From Candidatus Parcubacteria bacterium (lineage in GTDB: Bacteria; Patescibacteriota; Minisyncoccia; Sungbacterales; SURF-37): DNA of 64,000 nucleotides. Every line of letters starts with the position of its first letter. The first letter of the stretch is position 1. Below, one piece after another: positions 1 to 8,076 of the stretch. The DNA lies in the NCBI GenBank assembly GCA_003599755.1, contig QZJO01000001.1:5222-69221 (forward strand), in the 5' to 3' direction. The position numbers were made by a program, and so were the translations under genes. The notes below the pieces were generated by a model. That model saw only the letters and a program-made list of their open reading frames with translations, ran no database searches and was not told where the DNA came from.

Positions 1-1730
1 GTCGGGAAGCGCTCTGGGGCCAATTGCGCCTGATCGCCGTCGGCGTCGTAGCGCTTTTCGCGCTGTTATTTACGTTCCAAAGCTTTTCGCTGCCTTCCGA
101 GCCCGGCGGATTCTTCGCGCGTCCGGTGGAGATAACGCCGAGCTGGGCCTCTACGTTTGCCATCGCGCGCGAGACCATCATGGCCAAACCCTTTGGCTAT
201 GGGCCGGACCAGTTTATGGCCGCGTACAACCAATATCGCGATCCGGTCATCAACAATAGCGTATTTTGGAACCTACGCTTTGATCATGGCGTGGCATGGC
301 TGCCGACGATCGCGGTCACGCTCGGCGTGCCGGGTCTGGTCGCATTTGGCGCCTTGATCATACTCATGCTGGTCCTGCTCGTGCGCGGGATTCGCACTGC
401 GGCCGAAGCGGATCCGCTGCGCGTGGCATTCGCCGGCATGATTGTGGCCGCGTTGGCGCTCTTGTTCGTGGGCGGATCAACGATCACGAGTATGGCGCTG
501 TTATTCCTCGCGCTCGGCTGTTTTACGGCGATTATCCGCGAACCTGCGCCGGCCGAAGGTGTGGCGCGTTCGTGGTGGCGCGTAACCGATCGGACGCTTC
601 TGTGGGACGGTTCGTTCTTGCATATGGTGGCACCTCTGGCAAGCGTGTTCGTCGCTGCCGTGGTGCTCGCGGGCGGATACCTCCTGGCGACGCAGTATGC
701 TGGCGAGATTTATTTCCGGCGTGCGGCATTCGTGCTGCAGCAATTCGGGAATCTCGATAGCGCGAAAATATTTTTGGAACGCGCGGCACGACTCAATCCG
801 CAGGAAGCAACGTATTACCAGGGCCGGGCGCAAGTCGGGCTCGGGGTATTCCGCCAGCTCTTGCTCGCGGTACCGAATCCGCCTACTGATGCGTATCGCG
901 TCGCGCTCCAGACCGAATATCAAAGTGCGATCGAGGCCGGCCGCCGGGCCACAGCCATGGATTCCCATAATGCCCAGAATTGGATGGTGCTCGGGGCGCT
1001 CTACGAAGCGGCAATTCCGTTTTCCGAAGCGGGTGCGGATACGGCGGCCATTGACGCCTACGCCCGGGCGGCGGCCGAGGATCCCACGAATCCGGATCCA
1101 TATTTGGCGCAAGCCCGCGTCTGGGTCGCGACGGCTGATCTTTACTCGCTCGCCATCGGCCAGACGGTCGACGGCGAGATGCGCGGCCGCTTGGAAACGG
1201 CGCGCATGCAAGCGCTTGCCAAGGCCGCCGAAATCCTGGAAACCAAGGCCATTGCGCTCAAACAGAACTACGCGCCCGCGCATTTCCTCGCGGCACAGAC
1301 CGCGCTGCGGGCTGACAACTTGCAGGGCGCGATTCTCGCGAGTGAAAACACGATCCGTTCGCTGCAGCCGGGGAGCACGGATATCGGCCTCCTGTTTCAG
1401 CTCGGGGTTTTGTACTATCGCGCGGACCGCATGGCTGACGCGAAGCTCGTGCTCGCCCAAGCTCTCCTCTTAGACGAGCAATATTCCAACGCGCGCTATT
1501 TCTTAGGTCTTGTTGAGGAGCAATTAGGAGACCGCGACGCGGCCATCTCGCAGTTCGAGAAAATCCAAAAGTTGAACCCTGATAACGCCGAGGTTCAGCA
1601 GATCATCGACAATCTCCGCGCGGGCAGAACGGCGTTGGACGGCATCGTGCCGCCGAATCCCGCTCCTGAAGATCGGACCGATCCGCCCATCAGTGAGAAT
1701 GCGGCACCGGGAGGTCGTTTGCCGCGCTGA
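1..1730 (+). CDS. Membrane protein (O-antigen ligase-like TM region) with C-terminal TPR repeats; 5' truncated by window edge
   Basis: Frame is open to the window edge. Multiple TM helices are followed by TPR-like repeats (LFQLGVLYY, ARYFLGLVEEQLG). Confidence 0.7.
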   Translation, partial: REALWGQLRLIAVGVVALFALLFTFQSFSLPSEPGGFFARPVEITPSWASTFAIARETIMAKPFGYGPDQFMAAYNQYRDPVINNSVFWNLRFDHGVAWLPTIAVTLGVPGLVAFGALIILMLVLLVRGIRTAAEADPLRVAFAGMIVAALALLFVGGSTITSMALLFLALGCFTAIIREPAPAEGVARSWWRVTDRTLLWDGSFLHMVAPLASVFVAAVVLAGGYLLATQYAGEIYFRRAAFVLQQFGNLDSAKIFLERAARLNPQEATYYQGRAQVGLGVFRQLLLAVPNPPTDAYRVALQTEYQSAIEAGRRATAMDSHNAQNWMVLGALYEAAIPFSEAGADTAAIDAYARAAAEDPTNPDPYLAQARVWVATADLYSLAIGQTVDGEMRGRLETARMQALAKAAEILETKAIALKQNYAPAHFLAAQTALRADNLQGAILASENTIRSLQPGSTDIGLLFQLGVLYYRADRMADAKLVLAQALLLDEQYSNARYFLGLVEEQLGDRDAAISQFEKIQKLNPDNAEVQQIIDNLRAGRTALDGIVPPNPAPEDRTDPPISENAAPGGRLPR

Positions 1731-1755
1731 AGTCCGGAGCTCGCGCGCTGGGAGT

Positions 1756-1877
1756 CCCGTTAGAGATAACGTTCATCTTCGCGCTAGACTTACCGAGTAT
1801 GAGAGTGGGCCAAGCGTATGGCGCATCTGGCATAATTTACGGAAGTGCTTGGATCGGCGCTTTCTATCTCTAACGGG
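1756..1877. mobile_element. CCCGTTAGA/TCTAACGGG palindromic element A (122 bp)
   Basis: Perfect 13-bp terminal IR CCCGTTAGAGATA...TATCTCTAACGGG. Flanks GGGAGT/ATGAAT. Confidence 0.75.
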
Positions 1878-1883
1878 ATGAAT

Positions 1884-1997
1884 CCCGTTAGAGGCCGCGG
1901 TCGCGTGCTTTTTTAGAGCACCTGCGCATACGCCATTAGTACTTATCAGTGATTATCGAACAGGCCGACGGTACGACCGCGACCTGCCTCTAACGGG
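1884..1997. mobile_element. CCCGTTAGA/TCTAACGGG palindromic element B (114 bp) at murJ start codon
   Basis: 12-bp terminal IR plus inner CGCGGTCG/CGACCGCG stem. Perfect ATGAAT duplication at 1878-1883 and 1998-2003. Confidence 0.8.
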
Positions 1998-3701
1998 ATG
2001 AATATCCCTTTCCTGAACCGGGAAATCGTCTCATTCCATGCCGCAGCCCTGGTGATCGGGGGTGCGGCTTTGGTGTCCAAACTCCTCGGCCTCATGCGCG
2101 ACCGGCTGTTGGCCGCGCGGTTTGGGGCGGGCGATGCGCTCGACGCGTACTATGCGGCGTTCCAGCTGCCCGATTTGCTCTATACGATCCTCCTGCTCGG
2201 CGCGGCCTCGGCCGCGGTGCTGCCCGCATACCTTGGCGCGCGCCGGGTCGATGCGAAAACGGCGGAACGGTTTCTCGGCAATCTTCTGACGCTCTTCGGC
2301 GCGACCGCGATTGCGGGCGCGCTAGTACTGTTTGCGCTCGCGCCCGAATTGCTGCGATTGTTAGTTCCGGGATTTGATCCCGAGAAGTTGGCAATGGCAG
2401 TCGGGCTTACGCGGATCATGGCTCTGAACGTCCTGCCGCTCGGTATCGCCGGAATACTCGCGAGCGTGCTGCAGGCCCATCAGCGGTTTATCGCGTTCGC
2501 GCTGCCGCCCATCGTGTATAACGTCGGCATTATCATCGGTATTTTGCTGTTTACGCCCGCACTCGGCGTCGCGGGGCTCGCCTGGGGCGTGGTGTTCGGC
2601 GGTGCGCTGCAGGTCATCGTCGTGCTGCCGGCGTTTTTCGGCCTCGGCATCCGCTACCGGCCGCGGTTCTCGCTAGCCGATCCGGCGCTTCGCCAGGTGC
2701 TCGCGACGTCCCTGCCGCGGGTGCTTGCGCTTTCGTTCGGGCAATTGACGCTGATCGCGCTCGCGGCGATCGCGTCGTTATTCGCATCGGGTTCCCTAGC
2801 GGCCTTCCGGCTCGGTGCGAATCTCATGTACGTGCCGGTCGGCCTCTTCGGCGTCAGTTACGCGCTTGCCGTATTTCCGAAGCTTTCGGATGCCTCGTTG
2901 GCGCGCGCCGGCGAGGCATTCACGAACCACTTCGTAGCCGGATTCCGGACGATTTTGTTCTGGACCTTACCGGCTGCGGCTCTCGCCATGGTGCTCCGCG
3001 CGCATATCGTGCGCGTCGTGCTCGGTAGCGGCGTATTCGACTGGACTGACACGCGCCTCGTTGCCGCGATTATTGCCGCGATCGCGATCGCCGTGGTGTC
3101 CGAAAGCATCGCGCCGCTGGTTCTGCGCGCGTTTTATGCGCTCGGGCGCACGCGCGAGCCGCTCATATGGAATTTGCTGTCGTCGTCGCTTGCGGTCGTC
3201 GTCGCGCTCCTGCTTTCCGCATGGTTTGTCCGGGCGCCGGAGGTGCTGGAACGTATTGCGGGCGTATTTCGCATCCGGGATATTCCGTCGCCGACCATTC
3301 TTGCGGTAGCGTTCGGGTTCGCGCTCGGCTCGGCAGTCAACGCGCTTATGCTCGTGTTGGTGCTGCGCCGCGCCGTACGACATGAATTCGGCATTCGCCT
3401 TCGGTTCGGCACCACGGATCTGGCCGGCATGCTTGGCGCGGCAGTACTCGCGGCCGTTGTGGCCTGGCTCGTGTTGCAGCCGTTCCCGTCGCTCGTGGCT
3501 ACCGATACGTTCTCCGGCATACTGCTGCAAGGCGTGGTCGCGGGCGTTGCCGGTATGGTCGTCTACGGCCTGATTCTCTTCGGCCAAAAGAATCCGGAAC
3601 TGTTCGGCTTTTGGGAAAGCGTCCGGCGGCGTCTCGTCACGCCGCGGCGCGCGCCGCAGGTATTCGAGACCGAAAAGCTCGACGGCGATCTGTCTCGTTA
3701 G
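1998..3701 (+). CDS. murJ: Lipid II flippase MurJ (MviN)
   Basis: SKLLGLMRDRLLAARFGAG, DAYYAAFQLPD and LRAFYALG motifs; many TM helices. Confidence 0.93.
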   Translation: MNIPFLNREIVSFHAAALVIGGAALVSKLLGLMRDRLLAARFGAGDALDAYYAAFQLPDLLYTILLLGAASAAVLPAYLGARRVDAKTAERFLGNLLTLFGATAIAGALVLFALAPELLRLLVPGFDPEKLAMAVGLTRIMALNVLPLGIAGILASVLQAHQRFIAFALPPIVYNVGIIIGILLFTPALGVAGLAWGVVFGGALQVIVVLPAFFGLGIRYRPRFSLADPALRQVLATSLPRVLALSFGQLTLIALAAIASLFASGSLAAFRLGANLMYVPVGLFGVSYALAVFPKLSDASLARAGEAFTNHFVAGFRTILFWTLPAAALAMVLRAHIVRVVLGSGVFDWTDTRLVAAIIAAIAIAVVSESIAPLVLRAFYALGRTREPLIWNLLSSSLAVVVALLLSAWFVRAPEVLERIAGVFRIRDIPSPTILAVAFGFALGSAVNALMLVLVLRRAVRHEFGIRLRFGTTDLAGMLGAAVLAAVVAWLVLQPFPSLVATDTFSGILLQGVVAGVAGMVVYGLILFGQKNPELFGFWESVRRRLVTPRRAPQVFETEKLDGDLSR

Positions 3702-3867
3702 AAGCAGACCCCGGTAGTATACCGCGCAAGCTCGGTAACTACGGGGCGAGACGCGGTGTATAGATAGACCTTTATCATAGAGAGTCCCGCAGCCAAATCC
3801 ATGAGGGTTTGTGGTAACGGGATCGCGATTTCGATCGCCGCGCATAGCGATCGGGGCTTCTAACAAG
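3694..3867. mobile_element. Degenerate CCCGTTAGA-family element C (174 bp) supplying the murJ stop codon
   Basis: CTCGTTAGAAGC...GCTTCTAACAAG IR (1 mismatch). Flanks ATCTGT/ATTTGC. Internal hairpins. Confidence 0.6.
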
Positions 3868-3942
3868 ATTTGCATCACTGACGGGCCGGGTCAATATTTT
3901 ATATTCATTGCACATTGATGTTTTACCCGTTACCATAAAAAT

Positions 3943-4758
3943 ATGGCTCGGGCTAGGTTTGATTTACCTATTGCTACCGTAAAAAGCCTCTACTGGGAAC
4001 GGGGTTTTTCTCTCGCAAAAATAGGCACCCGTTTTGGGTGCTCATGGAGTACTGTCGCGAATCGTTTGCGGGAGCACCATATTCCTTTGAAGAAAAAGAC
4101 GGAAATGAAAGTACGCTATCAAAAACGGTCATTCATCGGTTCGCTCGAGGAAATGGCGTATTTAGTTGGTTTCCGACTCGGAGATCTGAATGTCTACCGG
4201 CCTTCGATCAATTCAAAAATCGTAGTGGCGCGCTGCCACACTACGGTATCCATGCAAGCAAATCTTATTCGGTCGCTTTTTAAGAAATATGGCGGAGTGC
4301 GAGTTGTCCGTTCCAGTAACGGCATTACCATAAATTGCTTTCTGAATTTATCGTTCGGATTTTTGTTACCAAAAATTTATCCGCAATGGATTCAGCCGCA
4401 ATCAAAACCAATGGCTGCATTCACTGCCGGATATACCGATGCTGAGGGGTCGTTTGGTGTATATCAAGGAAGAGGGCGTTTCAAGCTCGATTCGTATGAT
4501 TATCAGATATTGCGAAATATATATCGTTTCTTGATTATCCAAGGAATTCATGCAAAGTTTTGGTGTATTGCGAAGCGAAATACAGCAAATATCAATGGCG
4601 GACGATGGCGCCACGATCTTTGGCGAATCAACGTCAATGAGGCGAAATCCTTGGTTAAATTTATTCGAATATTGTTGCCCCATTTAAGACATCATAACCG
4701 TATTCAACAAGCGCATGCAGTACTGAAAAATATCCAATCCAGATCCTCATTCACATGA
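3943..4758 (+). CDS. Free-standing LAGLIDADG homing endonuclease with N-terminal HTH
   Basis: Two LAGLIDADG-like helices (AYLVGFRLGDLN, AAFTAGYTDAEG). HTH (SLAKIGTRFGCSWSTVANRL). Markedly AT-richer than flanks. ATGA overlap with lepA. Confidence 0.85.
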   Translation: MARARFDLPIATVKSLYWERGFSLAKIGTRFGCSWSTVANRLREHHIPLKKKTEMKVRYQKRSFIGSLEEMAYLVGFRLGDLNVYRPSINSKIVVARCHTTVSMQANLIRSLFKKYGGVRVVRSSNGITINCFLNLSFGFLLPKIYPQWIQPQSKPMAAFTAGYTDAEGSFGVYQGRGRFKLDSYDYQILRNIYRFLIIQGIHAKFWCIAKRNTANINGGRWRHDLWRINVNEAKSLVKFIRILLPHLRHHNRIQQAHAVLKNIQSRSSFT

Positions 4759-6551
4759 ATATTCGGAACTTTGTAATTATCAGCCATGTTGATCACGGCA
4801 AGTCCACGCTTGCCGACCGGCTCTTGGAATTGACCGGCGCGGTGGAACGCCGGCGCATGCGCGAACAGTTTCTCGATCAGATGGAACTCGAGCGTGAGAA
4901 GGGGATCACGATCAAGATGCAGCCCGTTCGGATGCTCTGGCAGCCGCGCGGGGCAGAGCCGCCCTACATGCTGAATCTGATCGATACTCCCGGGCACGTG
5001 GATTTTTCGTACGAGGTATCGCGTGCGCTTGCCGCGGTGGAAGGCGCGATTCTCTTAGTGGACGCGACCCAGGGTATCCAGGCCCAAACCCTTGCGAATC
5101 TGGAGCTCGCGCGGCGCGAGGGGCTTGCCATCGTGCCGGCCGTCAATAAAATCGATCTTCCGGCCGCGCGGCCCGATGAGGTGGCCGAAGAAATCGCGTC
5201 GCTCCTCGAAATGCCGGCTGCCGACGTATTGCGTATATCCGGGAAAACCGGGGCGGGCGTGCCCGAACTCTTGGCCGCCATGGTGCGCGCCGTGCCGCCG
5301 CCGAGCGCCCGCGCCGACAAGCCCGCGCCCATGCCGCGCGCGCTGATCTTTGATTCGCACTTCGATCCCTATCGCGGCGTGATCGCGCATGTGCGCGTTA
5401 CGGACGGCACGTTTCGCCACGGGGCTAAGGTATGGATGGCGGCAACCCGTACGACCGTGGAGCTGATGGAGATCGGCACCTTCGCGCCCGAACTCAAGGC
5501 CGGGACGGAACTGGGCGCGGGCGAGATCGGCTATTTCGCGACCGGCCTCAAGGAAGCCGATGCGGTGCGCGTCGGAGATACGGTCCTCGGCGAAATGGGT
5601 GCCGACGCATGGCGGTTTCCGGGATACCGCGAGCCCGCCCCCATGGTATTCGCGAGCTTATATCCGGAAGATGCGGATATGTACGAGCGGCTGCTCGATG
5701 CGCTGAAGAAGATCCGCCTCAACGATGCCGCGTTGTCGTTCGAACCTGAATCGTCCGACGCGCTCGGCCGCGGGTTTCGCGCCGGATTTTTGGGCATGCT
5801 GCATATGGAAATCGTGGCCGAGCGGCTGCGGCGCGAATATGGCATCGCGCTCGTCACTACCATTCCTTCGGTGGCCTACCGTGTCATCCGGATCAACGGC
5901 GCGGAGGAATTCATCTACGCGGCAGGCAAGTTCCCGGATTTGCACGCGGTGCGCGAGGTGCGCGAGCCCTGGGTGCGCCTGGAGATCATCACCCCGCAAC
6001 GGTTCATGGGCAGCATTTTGGAATTAGTGCGCAAAGTCCGCGGCACGCCGGGCGACCAGCGGTACCTCGGCGGCGACCGGATGCATATCACGGCCGAAGC
6101 GCCGTTGCGCGACGTGCTCGTTGATTTTTTCGATGCGCTCAAAAGCGCGACCGAGGGATATGCGTCGCTTTCCTACGAGCCGATCGGGGAGCGGCTGGGC
6201 GACCTCGTACGCCTCGACATCGTCATCGCGGACGAGCGCGAGGATGCGCTCGCGCAAGTCGTGCCGTCCGAACGCGCGTATCAGGCGGGCCGCGCGATCG
6301 TGGCCAAGCTCAAGGAGCTCTTGCCCAAGGCCCTCTTCCCGATACCGCTTCAAGCAGCGGCCAATGGCCGCATCATCGCGCGCGAGACGATTCCGGCGCT
6401 GAAAAAAGACGTTACCGGGTATCTGTATGGCGGGGACCGCACGCGCAAGATGAAACTTTGGAAAAAGCAGCAGCGCGGGAAAAAGCGCCTGACCGAACGG
6501 GGGCGCGTAGAAATACCGCCCGACGTGTTTTTGCAAATTTTGAAGCGTTAA
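4755..6551 (+). CDS. lepA: Elongation factor 4 (LepA)
   Basis: NIRNFVIISHVDHGKSTLADR, DTPGHVDF, and C-terminal GGDRTRKMKL. Confidence 0.97.
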   Translation: MNIRNFVIISHVDHGKSTLADRLLELTGAVERRRMREQFLDQMELEREKGITIKMQPVRMLWQPRGAEPPYMLNLIDTPGHVDFSYEVSRALAAVEGAILLVDATQGIQAQTLANLELARREGLAIVPAVNKIDLPAARPDEVAEEIASLLEMPAADVLRISGKTGAGVPELLAAMVRAVPPPSARADKPAPMPRALIFDSHFDPYRGVIAHVRVTDGTFRHGAKVWMAATRTTVELMEIGTFAPELKAGTELGAGEIGYFATGLKEADAVRVGDTVLGEMGADAWRFPGYREPAPMVFASLYPEDADMYERLLDALKKIRLNDAALSFEPESSDALGRGFRAGFLGMLHMEIVAERLRREYGIALVTTIPSVAYRVIRINGAEEFIYAAGKFPDLHAVREVREPWVRLEIITPQRFMGSILELVRKVRGTPGDQRYLGGDRMHITAEAPLRDVLVDFFDALKSATEGYASLSYEPIGERLGDLVRLDIVIADEREDALAQVVPSERAYQAGRAIVAKLKELLPKALFPIPLQAAANGRIIARETIPALKKDVTGYLYGGDRTRKMKLWKKQQRGKKRLTERGRVEIPPDVFLQILKR

Positions 6552-6556
6552 TTCGA

Positions 6557-6600
6557 AAACCCGCCTGCTTGAAATGGAGCGGAGCGGGTTTATTTTTATT
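6557..6600. terminator. Intrinsic terminator after lepA (possibly bidirectional)
   Basis: AAACCCGC...GCGGGTTT hairpin followed by a T-rich tract. Confidence 0.6.
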
Positions 6601-6614
6601 GCCGCAAAGCGCCC

Positions 6615-6716
6615 TTAGCCGTAGAGTAGCGGCATGAGGGTAAGCCCGATCATGCCGAGTACGGCGACGACGCTGATAACGGTCCAGACGATTTTGGTCG
6701 TTTTGCGGGATAGCAT
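6615..6716 (-). CDS. 33-aa single-TM small protein (MLSRKTTKIVWTVISVVAVLGMIGLTLMPLLYG)
   Basis: Translated by hand. Basic N-terminus plus hydrophobic helix. TATACT -10 box 7 nt upstream of the ATG. Fills the gap between lepA and ftsB. Confidence 0.6.
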   Translation of the reverse strand: MLSRKTTKIVWTVISVVAVLGMIGLTLMPLLYG

Positions 6717-6758
6717 CGGCGCCAGTATACCGTATCGCGGCTGCAATTGTCACGCGCC

Positions 6759-7163
6759 ATGAATTCGTCCGATGCATTTACGTTCCGCCGATCGCTGTCG
6801 TCGCCGCTGGCGATGGCCGTATTGGTTATTGCGGCCGCACTGTTGGCAACGAGTGCCGCGCGCATGGTGCTCCGTGAGCGAACGCTCGCGGCCGAACGGC
6901 AGGCCTTGGAGGAACGCATTTCTGCGCTTGAAGCCGAACGGCGATCGCTGGAAGAGCGCTTGCGCACTGCCGCGACTTCCGAATCTGTCGAGCGGCTCGC
7001 GAAAGAGCATTTGAACCAAAAAAATCCCGGCGAGGAAGTCGCGATCGTCGAGCCACTCGAAGTAACGCCTCCGCCGCCGTCCGAGCCGGAGTTGTCATGG
7101 TTCGCGCGCATGTTCGGCAGCGCGGGCTGGATCGGCCACTTGTTTAATTTCTTCGCGCGCTGA
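6759..7163 (+). CDS. Septum formation initiator family (FtsB/DivIC-like)
   Basis: TM helix, coiled coil, then VERLAKEHLNQKNPGE motif. Confidence 0.8.
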   Translation: MNSSDAFTFRRSLSSPLAMAVLVIAAALLATSAARMVLRERTLAAERQALEERISALEAERRSLEERLRTAATSESVERLAKEHLNQKNPGEEVAIVEPLEVTPPPPSEPELSWFARMFGSAGWIGHLFNFFAR

Positions 7164-8076
7164 GTCCGAGCCATTGCGCGACTGCGCGCTCGGCTTCTGT
7201 GTCTGTTCGTATCCAGCGGATTTGTTCGCGCGTTCGAAACCATTGCGATTGGCGGCGCGCGTAGTCCTTGGTGGAGCGCGTAATCGCGTCCGCGAGCGCG
7301 GCGCGGGGAAGCTTGCCCTCAAGGCAATCGAGCGCCAATCGATACTCAAAGCCGAATTCTAAAAGTCGTTTGCGGCCGACGCGCTGCAAGAGTCGGCGCG
7401 TTTCATTCAAAAGGCCGTGGCGTACCATCGCGCGCGCGCGGCGCGCGATGCGTTGTTCGAGCACGGACGGCCCAACGCGAATACCGAGCCAGAGCGCATC
7501 CGAATCGGCGCGCCGTTCAAGCGGCGGCACGCGGCCCAGGGCCGTGGCAATTTCAATAGCGCGGATCAGGCGGCGCGGATTTTGACGATCAATGGTTTTG
7601 GCACGCCGAGGATCAAGTCGTTTGAGCATGCGGAATAATTCGGCGGCAAGTCGCTTTTCGAGCGCGCGGCGTAATTTCGGATTCGGCGGCACGGCGGGGA
7701 GTACGATGCCGGATGCGGCCGCATCGAGCCAAAATCCGCTGCCGCCGACGAGCATCGGTATGCGGCCCCGTGTCCGTATTTCGGCCATGCGCGCGTGCGC
7801 AAGCGCGGCAAATTCGCCCGCGCTGATTGCGCGGCGGGGCGGGAATTCGCCGATGAAGTGATGTCGCACGCCGCGGTACCAAAAACCGCCCCGACGGGCA
7901 TCGGGGCGCACCGGAACGGCCGCGCTGCCGATGGCCAGACCTCGATAAATCTGCCGTGAATCAACGGAAATCACTTCGCCGCCGAACCGGCGCGCGAGGC
8001 GCGCGGCGAGTTCTGATTTTCCCGATGCGGTTGGTCCGACGATGACGACGAACCGAGAATCGTGCGATACGCTCAC
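7144..8076 (-). CDS. miaA: tRNA dimethylallyltransferase
   Basis: GPTASGKS, SVDSRQIY, VGGSGFW, YARRQSQWF. Confidence 0.95.
   Translation of the reverse strand: MSVSHDSRFVVIVGPTASGKSELAARLARRFGGEVISVDSRQIYRGLAIGSAAVPVRPDARRGGFWYRGVRHHFIGEFPPRRAISAGEFAALAHARMAEIRTRGRIPMLVGGSGFWLDAAASGIVLPAVPPNPKLRRALEKRLAAELFRMLKRLDPRRAKTIDRQNPRRLIRAIEIATALGRVPPLERRADSDALWLGIRVGPSVLEQRIARRARAMVRHGLLNETRRLLQRVGRKRLLEFGFEYRLALDCLEGKLPRAALADAITRSTKDYARRQSQWFRTREQIRWIRTDTEAERAVAQWLGLSARRN

Noticed and set aside
1756-2003. CRISPR array
   Set aside because: Only two units, ~100-bp interiors, IR-bounded structure, and no cas genes.
3702-3942. Group I intron around the LAGLIDADG gene (GCAGCCAAATCC resembles a Q element)
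   Set aside because: No R/S (P7) elements were found, and neither murJ nor lepA is interrupted. The segment is better explained as element C.
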